In this document: one piece after another, positions 1-9,030 of the stretch
How the letters are laid out: every line of letters starts with the position of its first letter
How positions within the stretch are numbered: position 1 is the first letter of the stretch
Source of the DNA: a virus
Lineage: Duplodnaviria; Caudoviricetes
Reading direction: 5' to 3' (one strand)
Length of the DNA stretch: 24,069 nucleotides
Virus record (IMG/VR): IMGVR_UViG_3300029318_000101
Span: 1 to 24,069 of that record
Notes under the pieces: generated by a model
Seen by the model: only the letters and a program-made list of their open reading frames with translations
Told to the model about the DNA's origin: nothing
The model's database searches: none
Translations under genes and position numbers: made by a program

Positions 1-3000
1 AATCCACCGCCGGGGCTTACTCCTGAACTAACAAACTATTTATTGTCTTTATCAGAAGCACTAGATATACGATTAGGTCGGCGTGGTGACCCAAGAGATA
101 GAGCGGTAACTGTAAGAGAGCTAACAACATCGGGTTTAGCCGCTGAACAAAATAGTACAGTTTCTGGGGCTTATAATACTAATATAGTTACAAGCTCTGG
201 TGTTGGCTTTATACCAGTAACAAATTCTGATGGTGGCATATCACTTCCTACAGTTTCAATAAGTGGTGTAACATCTGAGTACCCTAGTAAACCTACAAAC
301 TTTACTGCCACTGCTCTTTATCAAAAAGTACAATTAAGTTGGGATTACCCTACAGATTATAAAGGACACTCTTTAACAGAGATACATAGTAGTACTTCTA
401 ATGTATTAGGTACCGCTACATTGTTGTCTATTACAACAGGTTCTATGTTTACACACGAGTTAGGTGGTGGACAAACTAGATATTATTGGATACGTCACGT
501 TTCAAACCAAGCAGAAATAGGCCCGTGGTTCTCTGCAAACGGCACAGTAGCTACAACAACTGCAGATGCAGATGCTTTAAAAACGGTTTTAAGTGGGGCT
601 TTAACTGATGCAGAATTGGCTTCTGCTTTAAATACTAGAATTAATCTTATAGATGGAGCAGCCAATGTTAATGGCACTGTTAATAAACGAATCGCGGATG
701 CAGCAGAAACAGTTAATTCATTAAAAACTAAATTAAATGGTGCACTTACTAGCTCTGAACTTGATTCAAGTGTCGCAGATATACTTACAAAAGTAACTAG
801 TACCGATGCTACTTTAGCGGGGAGCGTGGCTAAACGAATCGCGGACGAGGCTACTGCTCGCAGTACGGCAATATCTGCTGTCCAAACACAGGTAAATAAC
901 CTTAGTGGTACTGCCGCTTGGAGTAATTCAAATACTTATAGTAATGGTGATTTAGTACAACACAGCAGTAACATATGGCAATCAACTGCGAATAGTAACA
1001 CTGAAGAACCTTCTGACAGTGCCTCTAATTGGACTAAATTAGGTGATTACGCTAGTGTCGGGCAGTTAGCAGCTGCTAACCAAACATCTATTGCAGACAT
1101 AAATAACATATCAACTGGTTCTGGTAACAATGCTACTGCTGTTAGAAATCTACAGACCTTTCAAGGTGATTGGACAGCGTGGGCTACAGGCACAAATTAT
1201 ACTATAGGGCAAGTAGTTAGTTTTACCGTTGGTAGTTTAAAACTATTTAAAGCTAAAACAAATCATACTTCTGCAGATGGTAATAAACCACCTAATGCCA
1301 CTAATTGGTTAGATTGTGGATTAGCTACTGTTGCGGCTCAGTCGCAAGGTGCAAACGCATCTATTGATGAAATTAATAATGTTAGTTCTGGATCTACTTC
1401 CGCTGCTGCTGTAGCACTTAATAGTTTAAATTCAAGCTTTACAACAACAGGTGTTCCTTCTTGGACTGCAGGTACTTACCCCGCGGGTACAATAGTTAAA
1501 CTTGATGCCGATGGCAAAATATATAGGTCTTTAGTAGAAACTAGTGTTACTCCCGGCACTGATGCATCTAAATGGCACGATCATGGCACAAATAATTTAA
1601 GTAATTTTGGTCAAGCCAGCACCGCGGCGATAAAAGAGCTTAATACTGTTAGTTCTAGTGCAGGGTCAGCTTCAGCACAACAAATAAGTTCTTTATCAAC
1701 ATCTGTTACTACTAAAGCAGATCAGTCTTCTTTAGATACAACAAATACTAATCTATCTAATTTAACTTCTACTGTTGGAAATAAAGCTGATCAATCTTCT
1801 TTAAATACAACAAATACTAATGTATCTAATTTAACTACTACTGTTGGAAACAAAGCAGATCAGTCTTCTTTAGATACAACAAACACTAACTTAAGTGGTT
1901 TAACTACTACTGTTGGAAACAAAGCAGATCAGTCTTCTTTAGATACAACAAATACTAACTTAAGCGGTTTAACTACTACTGTTGGAAACAAAGCAGATCA
2001 GTCTTCTTTAAATACAACAAATACTAATGTATCTAATTTAACTACTACTGTTGGAAACAAAGCTGACCAATCTTCTTTAGATACAACAAATACTAATGTA
2101 TCTAATCTAACTACTACTGTTGGAAACAAAGCTGACCAATCTTCTTTAGATACAACAAATACTAATCTAACTAATTTAACTACTACTGTAACTACAAATA
2201 CAGCTGATATTACTGCTATAAATAACATATCAACTACTAGCACATCTGCAGCTGCTCAAGCCGTTAACAGTTTGCAAGCAACCACTGCAGCAAATAATGT
2301 TAACCCTTTATGGTCTGACGCAGAAAACACAGGGTTTACTGCTGGGGATATAGTTGTAACTGATTTATCTAATACATTTAGACCTTCATACCATTCAAAC
2401 CAAGAAGGCGTCGCTGTTTACGATCCAGTAGAGGAAGCGGTAAGACAACACGCTAGTACCAACAATCCATATGCTACGGTTAGTGCTGATGGTTCAACTG
2501 GCATGGTTAGTTATGCATTTAATGTAGAACGAGACGATACATATTTTGTAGTTAGTTTAGAAGTTAAAACGGATAGCGCAGGTGCTACTGCTTCTGCTTC
2601 ATCACCTACTAATAGTTTATTTGTAAGATTTAACCATACAGCTGATAATCTTCCTGCGGGTAAAACTAGTGTTTCACATATACAAGACAGTTCACCTGCT
2701 CTATACCACACTGTTTATAACAGTAACGGAAATATAGATCTTAAAGACTGGGACTACGGCGGGACAGAAGGTCAGTACAACGGCGCTAATGCTACTACTA
2801 GTGGGCTTCAAGCTTTTTCTACATATAGAATTGCTACAGGTAAATATGAGTTTGGCTCTACAACAAAGTGGGCAAACTTACAGATATTAAATTGGTCTGG
2901 CTTAAGCACTAACCCTATATGGGTTAAAAATATAAAAATAGAAGAACGCTTAAAGACTGATGACTCGTTAGTTAGATCTTGGGATTACGCTAGTCGCCGT

Positions 3001-5382
3001 TTTAAATGTATACAGACACATACAAAACCTGTTAGCCCTGACGACCCTAACTATTGGCAAGATCTTGGGGCGATGCCAGTAACTAATGTATCGGCGCGTA
3101 TTGATGCACTAAATGATGTTAGTACAGACTCTACTTCTGCCGCAGCTTCTACTTTAGCTAGCCTAAAAGCAAGTGTTGAAGATGGCACTACAGGCTTGGC
3201 TGCTACTAAAACTATAGCAGATAATGCTCAAAGTACTGCAAACACGGCTAATTCAACTGCAAACACGGCTAATACAACTGCAAACACAGCTACCGCAGAA
3301 ATAAATAAACTTAACGATGTATCTTCAACTTCTGGTTCTGCTGCGTCTCAAACTTTGTTTAACCTAAAAGCAGCTGTTGAAGATGGCACTACAGGCTTGG
3401 CTGCTACTAAAACTATAGCAGATACGGCTAATTCAACTGCAAACACGGCTAATTCAACTGCAAATACAGCTACCGCAGAAATAAATAAACTTAATGATGT
3501 ATCTTCAACTTCTGGTTCTGCTACATCCCAAACTTTGTTTAACCTAAAAGCAGCCGTTGAAGATAACAGCACAGGCTTAGCTGCTACTAAAAGTATAGCA
3601 GACGGGGCTGCTTCAACTGCATCCACAGCAAACAATACTGCAAACACGGCTAATACAACTGCAAATACAGCTAACTCAACTGCAAATACAGCCGCCGCAG
3701 ATATACTACAAATAAATAATGTAGCGGCAGACAGCGGTTCACAAGCTGCTCAATCTATCCATACATTACAATCAAATGCTGCTACTTTGGACGGCGTAGT
3801 AATAGATAATGCTACTGCTTGGAAGCATAAAAACGCCAATAATCTTGGTGCAACAACTTCCTATGCAATTGGCGACATCGTCAAACAAGATCTTACAAAC
3901 TGTGCATTGCCTTTTGATTTTGATGCGGTTAGTGATGCAGGCCTTACTGGCGTACTTAGTTATGATGACACAGAGCGCGCTATAAAATTAACAGATAGTG
4001 GCGATGCTACTACAGGTGCGGTATTTAGTTTATTTAGAGACATTTCTACTACTACTAGTTATGAAATTTCTTTTGAGTTTAAAGGTGGTGGATCAATAAA
4101 CGCCGCGACTGATATGTTCCAAGCGTTTATGGCTAGTATGACTGACACAGAAAAAGCAGCCGATCAAGCTGGTTTGGAAGCTGTTTATATAGGTCAAATG
4201 GCTCATCAATCTCCAGTTTCTACATTTAATGGTGCTATTAAAGTAAAAAATGCTTTTTTAACCGCGGGTGATGGGTATAGTGATTTTGAAGTAGATGGAG
4301 CAGCTTATGCTGGAGGTTGGACATCGAATGGCATCCCAATAAAAAATGTATACCAAACAGTTAAATTTACGTGGACTCCCCCCGGCGGTGCCTTTAGTTC
4401 TAACACTCGGATGAAATACCATTGTGTTGGAATTACAAAAATAAGTGGTACTAATACATCACCTGTATTTATTAGAAATGTACAAGTGCGAGAAAATGTA
4501 AGCACCGGGACTGGTCGTGTATTTCGTTATGATGGGGGTGTTTATAAATGTGCTAAGGCATATACGAATGCTGAACATAAATCACTCCAAGACCACGAAT
4601 TCTGGGAACATTTAGGCAGCCCTCTAAATGAAATTAGTGCCCAAATTAATGACCTGAACGATATAAGTACAAATAGTGGGTCAGCGTTAGCACGTAAAGT
4701 TACCACAGTAGAAAGTACAGCTAATGGTTTTAGCAGCTCTATACAAACAAATGCGACGGCTGTAGCTGGCCTTCACACTCAGTACACTGTAAAACTTGAT
4801 TCTAATGGGGCAATGGCGGGTTTTGGTTTAGCTATAAATACTAATAGTCAGTACACAACAACATATAATAGTAATGAATCTAGTCATAGTACTTTTATAG
4901 TTAATGCAGACAAGTTCTCGATTAACCCTCCGGATAATAACAACACAACATCAGCAGTAGCACCGTTTACTGTTACGACTAGTGAAACTACTGTTGGTGG
5001 CCAGACTGTTCCTGCTGGTGTTTATATAGATAATGCATTAATAAAAAATGGTTCTATAACTACAGCTAAAATTGGTAATGCACAAATAGACAGTGCTCAG
5101 ATAGCAGATGGAGCAATAACCACGGCTAAGATTGGTGATGCGGAAATAGATAACGCCAAGATTGTTGACGGAACCATTGAAGTGGCTAAATTAACTACCG
5201 CGGCAGTCGCGTCGTTGTCCGCGGGCACTATTTCTGCTAGTGATATTACGTCAGGTACTATGAGTACACAAAATATTAAAATACAATCTGCATCTCAAAA
5301 TTCAAGAATTGTTATTGATGGAAACACCATAGAAGTTTATGATGGTACACAACTACGTGTTAAATTAGGAGATCTATCGTAA
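1..5382 (+). CDS. Tail tip / host-specificity (J-like, DUF1983) fibre protein with FN3-like domain, CBM5/12-like modules and coiled-coil repeats; 5' end lies outside the window
   Basis: Frame 1 is open from base 1 (NPPPGLTPELTNYLLSLSEALDIRLGRRGDPRDRAV...), so the TTG at 43 is probably not the true start. FN3-like segment PSKPTNFTA..VQLSW..YYWIRHV. W-x5-Y-xx-G-xxV...W CBM5/12-like units. C-terminal YTVKLDSNGAMAGFGL..FIVNADKF..PF.V..GVYIDNALIKNGSITTAKIG..RVKLGDL is typical of DUF1983/J proteins. Confidence 0.88.
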   Translation, partial: NPPPGLTPELTNYLLSLSEALDIRLGRRGDPRDRAVTVRELTTSGLAAEQNSTVSGAYNTNIVTSSGVGFIPVTNSDGGISLPTVSISGVTSEYPSKPTNFTATALYQKVQLSWDYPTDYKGHSLTEIHSSTSNVLGTATLLSITTGSMFTHELGGGQTRYYWIRHVSNQAEIGPWFSANGTVATTTADADALKTVLSGALTDAELASALNTRINLIDGAANVNGTVNKRIADAAETVNSLKTKLNGALTSSELDSSVADILTKVTSTDATLAGSVAKRIADEATARSTAISAVQTQVNNLSGTAAWSNSNTYSNGDLVQHSSNIWQSTANSNTEEPSDSASNWTKLGDYASVGQLAAANQTSIADINNISTGSGNNATAVRNLQTFQGDWTAWATGTNYTIGQVVSFTVGSLKLFKAKTNHTSADGNKPPNATNWLDCGLATVAAQSQGANASIDEINNVSSGSTSAAAVALNSLNSSFTTTGVPSWTAGTYPAGTIVKLDADGKIYRSLVETSVTPGTDASKWHDHGTNNLSNFGQASTAAIKELNTVSSSAGSASAQQISSLSTSVTTKADQSSLDTTNTNLSNLTSTVGNKADQSSLNTTNTNVSNLTTTVGNKADQSSLDTTNTNLSGLTTTVGNKADQSSLDTTNTNLSGLTTTVGNKADQSSLNTTNTNVSNLTTTVGNKADQSSLDTTNTNVSNLTTTVGNKADQSSLDTTNTNLTNLTTTVTTNTADITAINNISTTSTSAAAQAVNSLQATTAANNVNPLWSDAENTGFTAGDIVVTDLSNTFRPSYHSNQEGVAVYDPVEEAVRQHASTNNPYATVSADGSTGMVSYAFNVERDDTYFVVSLEVKTDSAGATASASSPTNSLFVRFNHTADNLPAGKTSVSHIQDSSPALYHTVYNSNGNIDLKDWDYGGTEGQYNGANATTSGLQAFSTYRIATGKYEFGSTTKWANLQILNWSGLSTNPIWVKNIKIEERLKTDDSLVRSWDYASRRFKCIQTHTKPVSPDDPNYWQDLGAMPVTNVSARIDALNDVSTDSTSAAASTLASLKASVEDGTTGLAATKTIADNAQSTANTANSTANTANTTANTATAEINKLNDVSSTSGSAASQTLFNLKAAVEDGTTGLAATKTIADTANSTANTANSTANTATAEINKLNDVSSTSGSATSQTLFNLKAAVEDNSTGLAATKSIADGAASTASTANNTANTANTTANTANSTANTAAADILQINNVAADSGSQAAQSIHTLQSNAATLDGVVIDNATAWKHKNANNLGATTSYAIGDIVKQDLTNCALPFDFDAVSDAGLTGVLSYDDTERAIKLTDSGDATTGAVFSLFRDISTTTSYEISFEFKGGGSINAATDMFQAFMASMTDTEKAADQAGLEAVYIGQMAHQSPVSTFNGAIKVKNAFLTAGDGYSDFEVDGAAYAGGWTSNGIPIKNVYQTVKFTWTPPGGAFSSNTRMKYHCVGITKISGTNTSPVFIRNVQVRENVSTGTGRVFRYDGGVYKCAKAYTNAEHKSLQDHEFWEHLGSPLNEISAQINDLNDISTNSGSALARKVTTVESTANGFSSSIQTNATAVAGLHTQYTVKLDSNGAMAGFGLAINTNSQYTTTYNSNESSHSTFIVNADKFSINPPDNNNTTSAVAPFTVTTSETTVGGQTVPAGVYIDNALIKNGSITTAKIGNAQIDSAQIADGAITTAKIGDAEIDNAKIVDGTIEVAKLTTAAVASLSAGTISASDITSGTMSTQNIKIQSASQNSRIVIDGNTIEVYDGTQLRVKLGDLS
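1714..2190 (+). repeat. In-frame tandem repeat, 7 x 69 bp (23 aa, KADQSSLDTTNTNLSNLTTTVGN)
   Basis: Near-identical DNA units start at 1714, 1783, 1852, 1921, 1990, 2059 and 2128. Confidence 0.97.
3100..3700 (+). repeat. Nested in-frame repeat: 3 long units with periods of 201 and 180 bp, each containing a variable number of 21-bp TANSTAN/TANTTAN heptads
   Basis: GTTGAAGAT anchors at 3175, 3376 and 3556. The two periods differ by exactly one 21-bp heptad. Confidence 0.93.
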
Positions 5383-5717
5383 TGGCTTACGGGATGCAAG
5401 TGTTGTCTGCTACAGGCAAAACTTTACTGGATACTACTTCTCGATTACCTAAATTCTATGCTCAGTATTCAGGTTCATTTAATTTTAATCAAACTGATCA
5501 AGAGTCTCCACATATACATAATATAACTATAAATGGAATAGGTGCATCAGACTTAATTTGTATTTTAGATTCTGATCATAATTCAAGCTCTGGCACGGGC
5601 CGTCTTACTGGGCAAAAAATAGGTCAAAACACTTTTAGGTTATATGTAAATAATGGGAACCTATTTACAAGTATTTCACCTACGTTTAAATGGTATTTGT
5701 CAGTTTTTAAAATGTAG
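5382..5717 (+). CDS. Small tail-associated protein
   Basis: 111 aa, translationally coupled to the J-like gene (TAATG). The MAYGMQV..G..LLDT start is typical of proteins following phage tail-tip genes. Confidence 0.7.
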   Translation: MAYGMQVLSATGKTLLDTTSRLPKFYAQYSGSFNFNQTDQESPHIHNITINGIGASDLICILDSDHNSSSGTGRLTGQKIGQNTFRLYVNNGNLFTSISPTFKWYLSVFKM

Positions 5718-5725
5718 GAGGCATA

Positions 5726-7204
5726 ATGACTTACGGTTTAAAAACTTTTAATGAAGGTGGGCATGTACAAATAGACCCAGACTACCCATTTATAACGGTA
5801 GTGCAAAAAGGGACTTGTAATAACGGAGAAGTTATTACTTGGTCTAATACTACTACAGGTTCAAATGACAGGGTGTTGTTATTTGCAAAACCTAATACAT
5901 CTACAGCATATACTAATCAAACTCTACACGCTCACATAGATCGATCTAACAATAGATTTAGAATCTATGGGCCAAAAGCTCAAGCTACATATCAAGTTAA
6001 CTTTGGCAATAACGACACCGCTGGAAATAATGAACATTTAGCCTTAACAAATTATTTTTGGGATGAAGATTTAAAAAATAGTGCTACCAATTGGAGTAGT
6101 TCTACTTCATATAGTACAACAGCTATTGTAAAGTATGGTGGTAAGTATTACTTTGCTAACCACGCCCCCGGACAAACGAACAAAAATAAAAATCCTTCAA
6201 CTAATAATCAAGGTTTTTTTGGTACTAACACTCAAACTTATTGGTCAAAAGATTATCCGGATGCATCAGATGGTATTGGTTTCCCAAAACCTTTTTATAA
6301 TTTTGGTACGTGGGCAACACCTTATTTTCCATATAGATCATATGATGATTTTAATGATGGGACAGGGTTTGTTTTTCAGCAAGGCCCACAACAACGTGCC
6401 GCTGCACCAGCACAATACCCATTTTATTACAGAGCTATGAAAGAGGTGTTTGCAAACAACAGCTTTGATTTTAATGGTGATCATCCCCACTTTTATTCAC
6501 CTAAGGGATATATGTTTCATGAATATAGCACAAGTAATTTTTGGGGTAGTAGTACGTCAACACGTACATATACAACGCCTTACCGCTACAAAACTAAAAT
6601 GTTGGGGATTGATGATCCCACTGATTACAAAATAGACTATGTACTTTGTGTACAAAAAACACCCCCAGAACCAACTACAGGTTATGGGTTAAACGTATAT
6701 CAGAGCAATGGTGATATAGCCTATTCTAGTGAATATGATCATCTACGAGTGCAAGACCTAAAACAAACTAACTGTAATGTAGATGAGTTAGAAAGTTCCA
6801 TACGCGCTAATTTTTCAGAAAATGATACAGGTGACCCATTTAGTTGGGCAAACTATTATGCACTTATGAATGACACAGATCCTTGGCAGATACAAACTTT
6901 TGCTGATGCATATACTTGGGTTCATACTTCGCAAGGTGTTGCATTTGATGGGATAGGGAGTGGTTTTTCTGGTAGAATTAAACTAAAGCAAGTGCTTGCT
7001 CAATTAGGGCCACAAGACGTTAATGAGAATAACCATGTTAACTTTGCTGGTTTTTTATCGGGCACCTTTTATGTAGTAGGCCCTTTTGAACTAGGGAAGC
7101 ATACCTATGATGATTCAGGTAAATGGTTTACTGATTCTGGGTTTAATGTAGGATTTCCTACAAGAAAAACAACTTTAATGGTCGCTAGATTTTCAGGAGA
7201 TTAA
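5726..7204 (+). CDS. Tail-associated / receptor-binding accessory protein with an inserted aromatic-rich region and a CBM5/12-like motif
   Basis: AGGAGG RBS. Paired motifs MTYGLKTFNEGGHVQID and GYGLNVYQSNGDIAYSS. Internal WSSSTSYSTTAIVKYGGKYY...YW. Confidence 0.7.
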   Translation: MTYGLKTFNEGGHVQIDPDYPFITVVQKGTCNNGEVITWSNTTTGSNDRVLLFAKPNTSTAYTNQTLHAHIDRSNNRFRIYGPKAQATYQVNFGNNDTAGNNEHLALTNYFWDEDLKNSATNWSSSTSYSTTAIVKYGGKYYFANHAPGQTNKNKNPSTNNQGFFGTNTQTYWSKDYPDASDGIGFPKPFYNFGTWATPYFPYRSYDDFNDGTGFVFQQGPQQRAAAPAQYPFYYRAMKEVFANNSFDFNGDHPHFYSPKGYMFHEYSTSNFWGSSTSTRTYTTPYRYKTKMLGIDDPTDYKIDYVLCVQKTPPEPTTGYGLNVYQSNGDIAYSSEYDHLRVQDLKQTNCNVDELESSIRANFSENDTGDPFSWANYYALMNDTDPWQIQTFADAYTWVHTSQGVAFDGIGSGFSGRIKLKQVLAQLGPQDVNENNHVNFAGFLSGTFYVVGPFELGKHTYDDSGKWFTDSGFNVGFPTRKTTLMVARFSGD

Positions 7205-7205
7205 A

Positions 7206-7700
7206 ATGATAACTGTTGCAATGGTAACAACTACAGGAGTTACAAGAGGCCACGTTGCCTATGTATGCCAACCTAACAATGATAATGACTACACAGATCG
7301 TACTGAATATGGTTCTCATACCGCTATTTTTATACCAAACGATTCAGATATAAATAATTATTTAGATAATAAAATATGGAGTTTTGATAATAATGCTTGG
7401 GTAGATAAGGCTGTTTCTCCCGGCGATGGTTATATTTATAACCCCGAAACAAATACGTGGGCGACACCACCTGAAGATTATGCATTAACTAGCACATGGA
7501 ATACAGCGCGAAGAATGCGCGATATGCTTTTGTTGCAGACCGACGCTACTCAGCTATCTGACTTTCCTATTACCGCAGAGAAAAAAACTGCCTTTGCTAC
7601 TTATAGACAACAGCTACGAGATATGCCGCAAGCACAATCGTCCGTAGACAAAATAGAAAATATTGTTTGGCCAACACATCCTGATGAGGGGGGATCATGA
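7206..7700 (+). CDS. Phage tail (fibre) assembly chaperone
   Basis: C-terminal RRMRDMLLLQTDATQLSDFP...YRQQLRDMPQ...WP signature; position after tail genes. Confidence 0.85.
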   Translation: MITVAMVTTTGVTRGHVAYVCQPNNDNDYTDRTEYGSHTAIFIPNDSDINNYLDNKIWSFDNNAWVDKAVSPGDGYIYNPETNTWATPPEDYALTSTWNTARRMRDMLLLQTDATQLSDFPITAEKKTAFATYRQQLRDMPQAQSSVDKIENIVWPTHPDEGGS

Positions 7701-7924
7701 CAAAACGTAACTACAAAAAAGAGTATGCAAGGGATCATGCGTCTGACAAGCAAAAGAAACGCCGTGCTGGGCGAAATGCTGCTCGTAGGAAGATGGAAGC
7801 AAACGGAAAGGTGCGAAAAGGGGATAAAAAAGATGTGCATCACAAAGATAAAAACCCCCGTAATAACAAATCTAAAAATCTAACTGTTACAAGCCGTAAG
7901 AAAAATAGAGGTAAATTAAGGTAA
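7697..7924 (+). CDS. Small basic HNH endonuclease-like protein
   Basis: RNYKKEY start and DVHHKDKNPRNN...NL......NR HNH motif; ATGA overlap with the upstream gene. Confidence 0.8.
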   Translation: MTKRNYKKEYARDHASDKQKKRRAGRNAARRKMEANGKVRKGDKKDVHHKDKNPRNNKSKNLTVTSRKKNRGKLR

Positions 7925-8311
7925 GGTCTGTTCTTCAATCCATTTAGCTACATTCTTAAATGGTACACAGTTATCTTGGAAGTGTTCTTTAGTTATAGGG
8001 CCTTTCCATATGGCTGGGTAATGCATGATAAATGCTTCTTTATCTACACCTAATACCACTGCAACTTTATGTCCTTGATCGTACATGCGATGCAGCCACT
8101 GGTATTGCAGCTCTGATATGTTGCATTTAATAGTGGTGGTTAATCTGGCGGGGAGTTTTGGAACATATTTATATTCTATAAATAAAATACCGGCGGGGCC
8201 TGAGTAAAAAGCGTCAGGTACCCCACCGGCATAGGTGTCATGGATTTTCCATTTATAAACTTCTTTTGAAAGTTTATTATGAATAGATTTTATAAACCCA
8301 TGTTCGTTCAA
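7916..8311 (-). CDS. PD-(D/E)XK nuclease (VRR-NUC / Holliday-junction resolvase-like)
   Basis: MNE..F, GVPD, IEYK and SELQYQWL motifs; 131 aa; located in the replication cluster. Confidence 0.8.
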   Translation of the reverse strand: MNEHGFIKSIHNKLSKEVYKWKIHDTYAGGVPDAFYSGPAGILFIEYKYVPKLPARLTTTIKCNISELQYQWLHRMYDQGHKVAVVLGVDKEAFIMHYPAIWKGPITKEHFQDNCVPFKNVAKWIEEQTLP

Positions 8312-8314
8312 GTG

Positions 8315-8983
8315 TTATGCAAACCGTTCGTAAATCTTCTCGGCTAACAAATAGTCTTCTTCTAAACACCAACCTGCGGACTTGATATCAAGGTTCAAGA
8401 AGGCTTGACCTGCTTTGTTCTCGGTAGAGACACTAGATATCTTCCAAAGGCTCGCGAACCGATCTCCGCCCTTCATACCTATTTGGGTATTCCACGCTTT
8501 AGATACACGAAGCTTACTAGAAGCCATGTTCATAATTACTGGGTGAGGTGACACTTCACCAGTATCGGGGTCTTTTAACAATAACACATGGCTGTGTGTC
8601 TCGTTAATATCCCATTCACTGGGGTTTTCTTGCTGATCAACATAAGCCTGTGCTTCAGCACGAGTAGCAAAGTCACCGCCAAAACCACCACCTTTCTCTA
8701 AGTCACGCCACACAGCGTACTCTATTTTGAAAGTTAAGCTGATAACATATAAGCTATCTTTAATAACTTCCTCGGTAACGGTATTAACAAAATCACCGGG
8801 CTCTGCACCGGGAATATATGCTTTGTGGTTTTTGTCAACCTCGTTATTCATCTTTTGTAACTGTTTGATGCGAGGTATTGCTACTGCGTTGCCGACGTTT
8901 TCGTTACCTCTGTCCGCACTATTTTGTAAGTACGCTGGTAAGTTTTCGTCTTCACTGGCTAGTACTAATTGTGTATCAGTCAT
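8315..8983 (-). CDS. Putative single-stranded DNA-binding / replication accessory protein
   Basis: ATG at 8983 has GGAG 6 nt upstream and is preferred over the TTG at 9013. IPRIKQLQ..EV...YIPGAEPGD motif. Position between helicase and nuclease is typical of phage SSB-like genes. It lacks a long acidic tail, so function is tentative. Confidence 0.5.
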   Translation of the reverse strand: MTDTQLVLASEDENLPAYLQNSADRGNENVGNAVAIPRIKQLQKMNNEVDKNHKAYIPGAEPGDFVNTVTEEVIKDSLYVISLTFKIEYAVWRDLEKGGGFGGDFATRAEAQAYVDQQENPSEWDINETHSHVLLLKDPDTGEVSPHPVIMNMASSKLRVSKAWNTQIGMKGGDRFASLWKISSVSTENKAGQAFLNLDIKSAGWCLEEDYLLAEKIYERFA

Positions 8984-8998
8984 AGTTTTCTCCGTTAT

Positions 8999-9030
8999 AG
9001 TTTCAAGTTTCAAGTTTCAAGTTTCAAGTT
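8999..9030 (-). repeat. Perfect 7-bp tandem repeat (AGTTTCA x4 + AGTT; ACUUGAA on the mRNA) in the leader of the putative SSB gene
   Basis: Directly visible. It occupies most of the gap between the upstream stop (9029-9031) and the RBS (8990-8993). Confidence 0.95.

Noticed and set aside
1714-3700. Tandem repeats as a CRISPR array or diversity-generating retroelement
   Set aside because: The repeats are in-frame coding units without unique spacers. There is no reverse transcriptase and no TR/VR pair with adenine-specific differences.
495-4505. Short - strand ORFs opposite the tail fibre gene
   Set aside because: Antisense shadows of codon bias and repeats, with no recognisable motifs.
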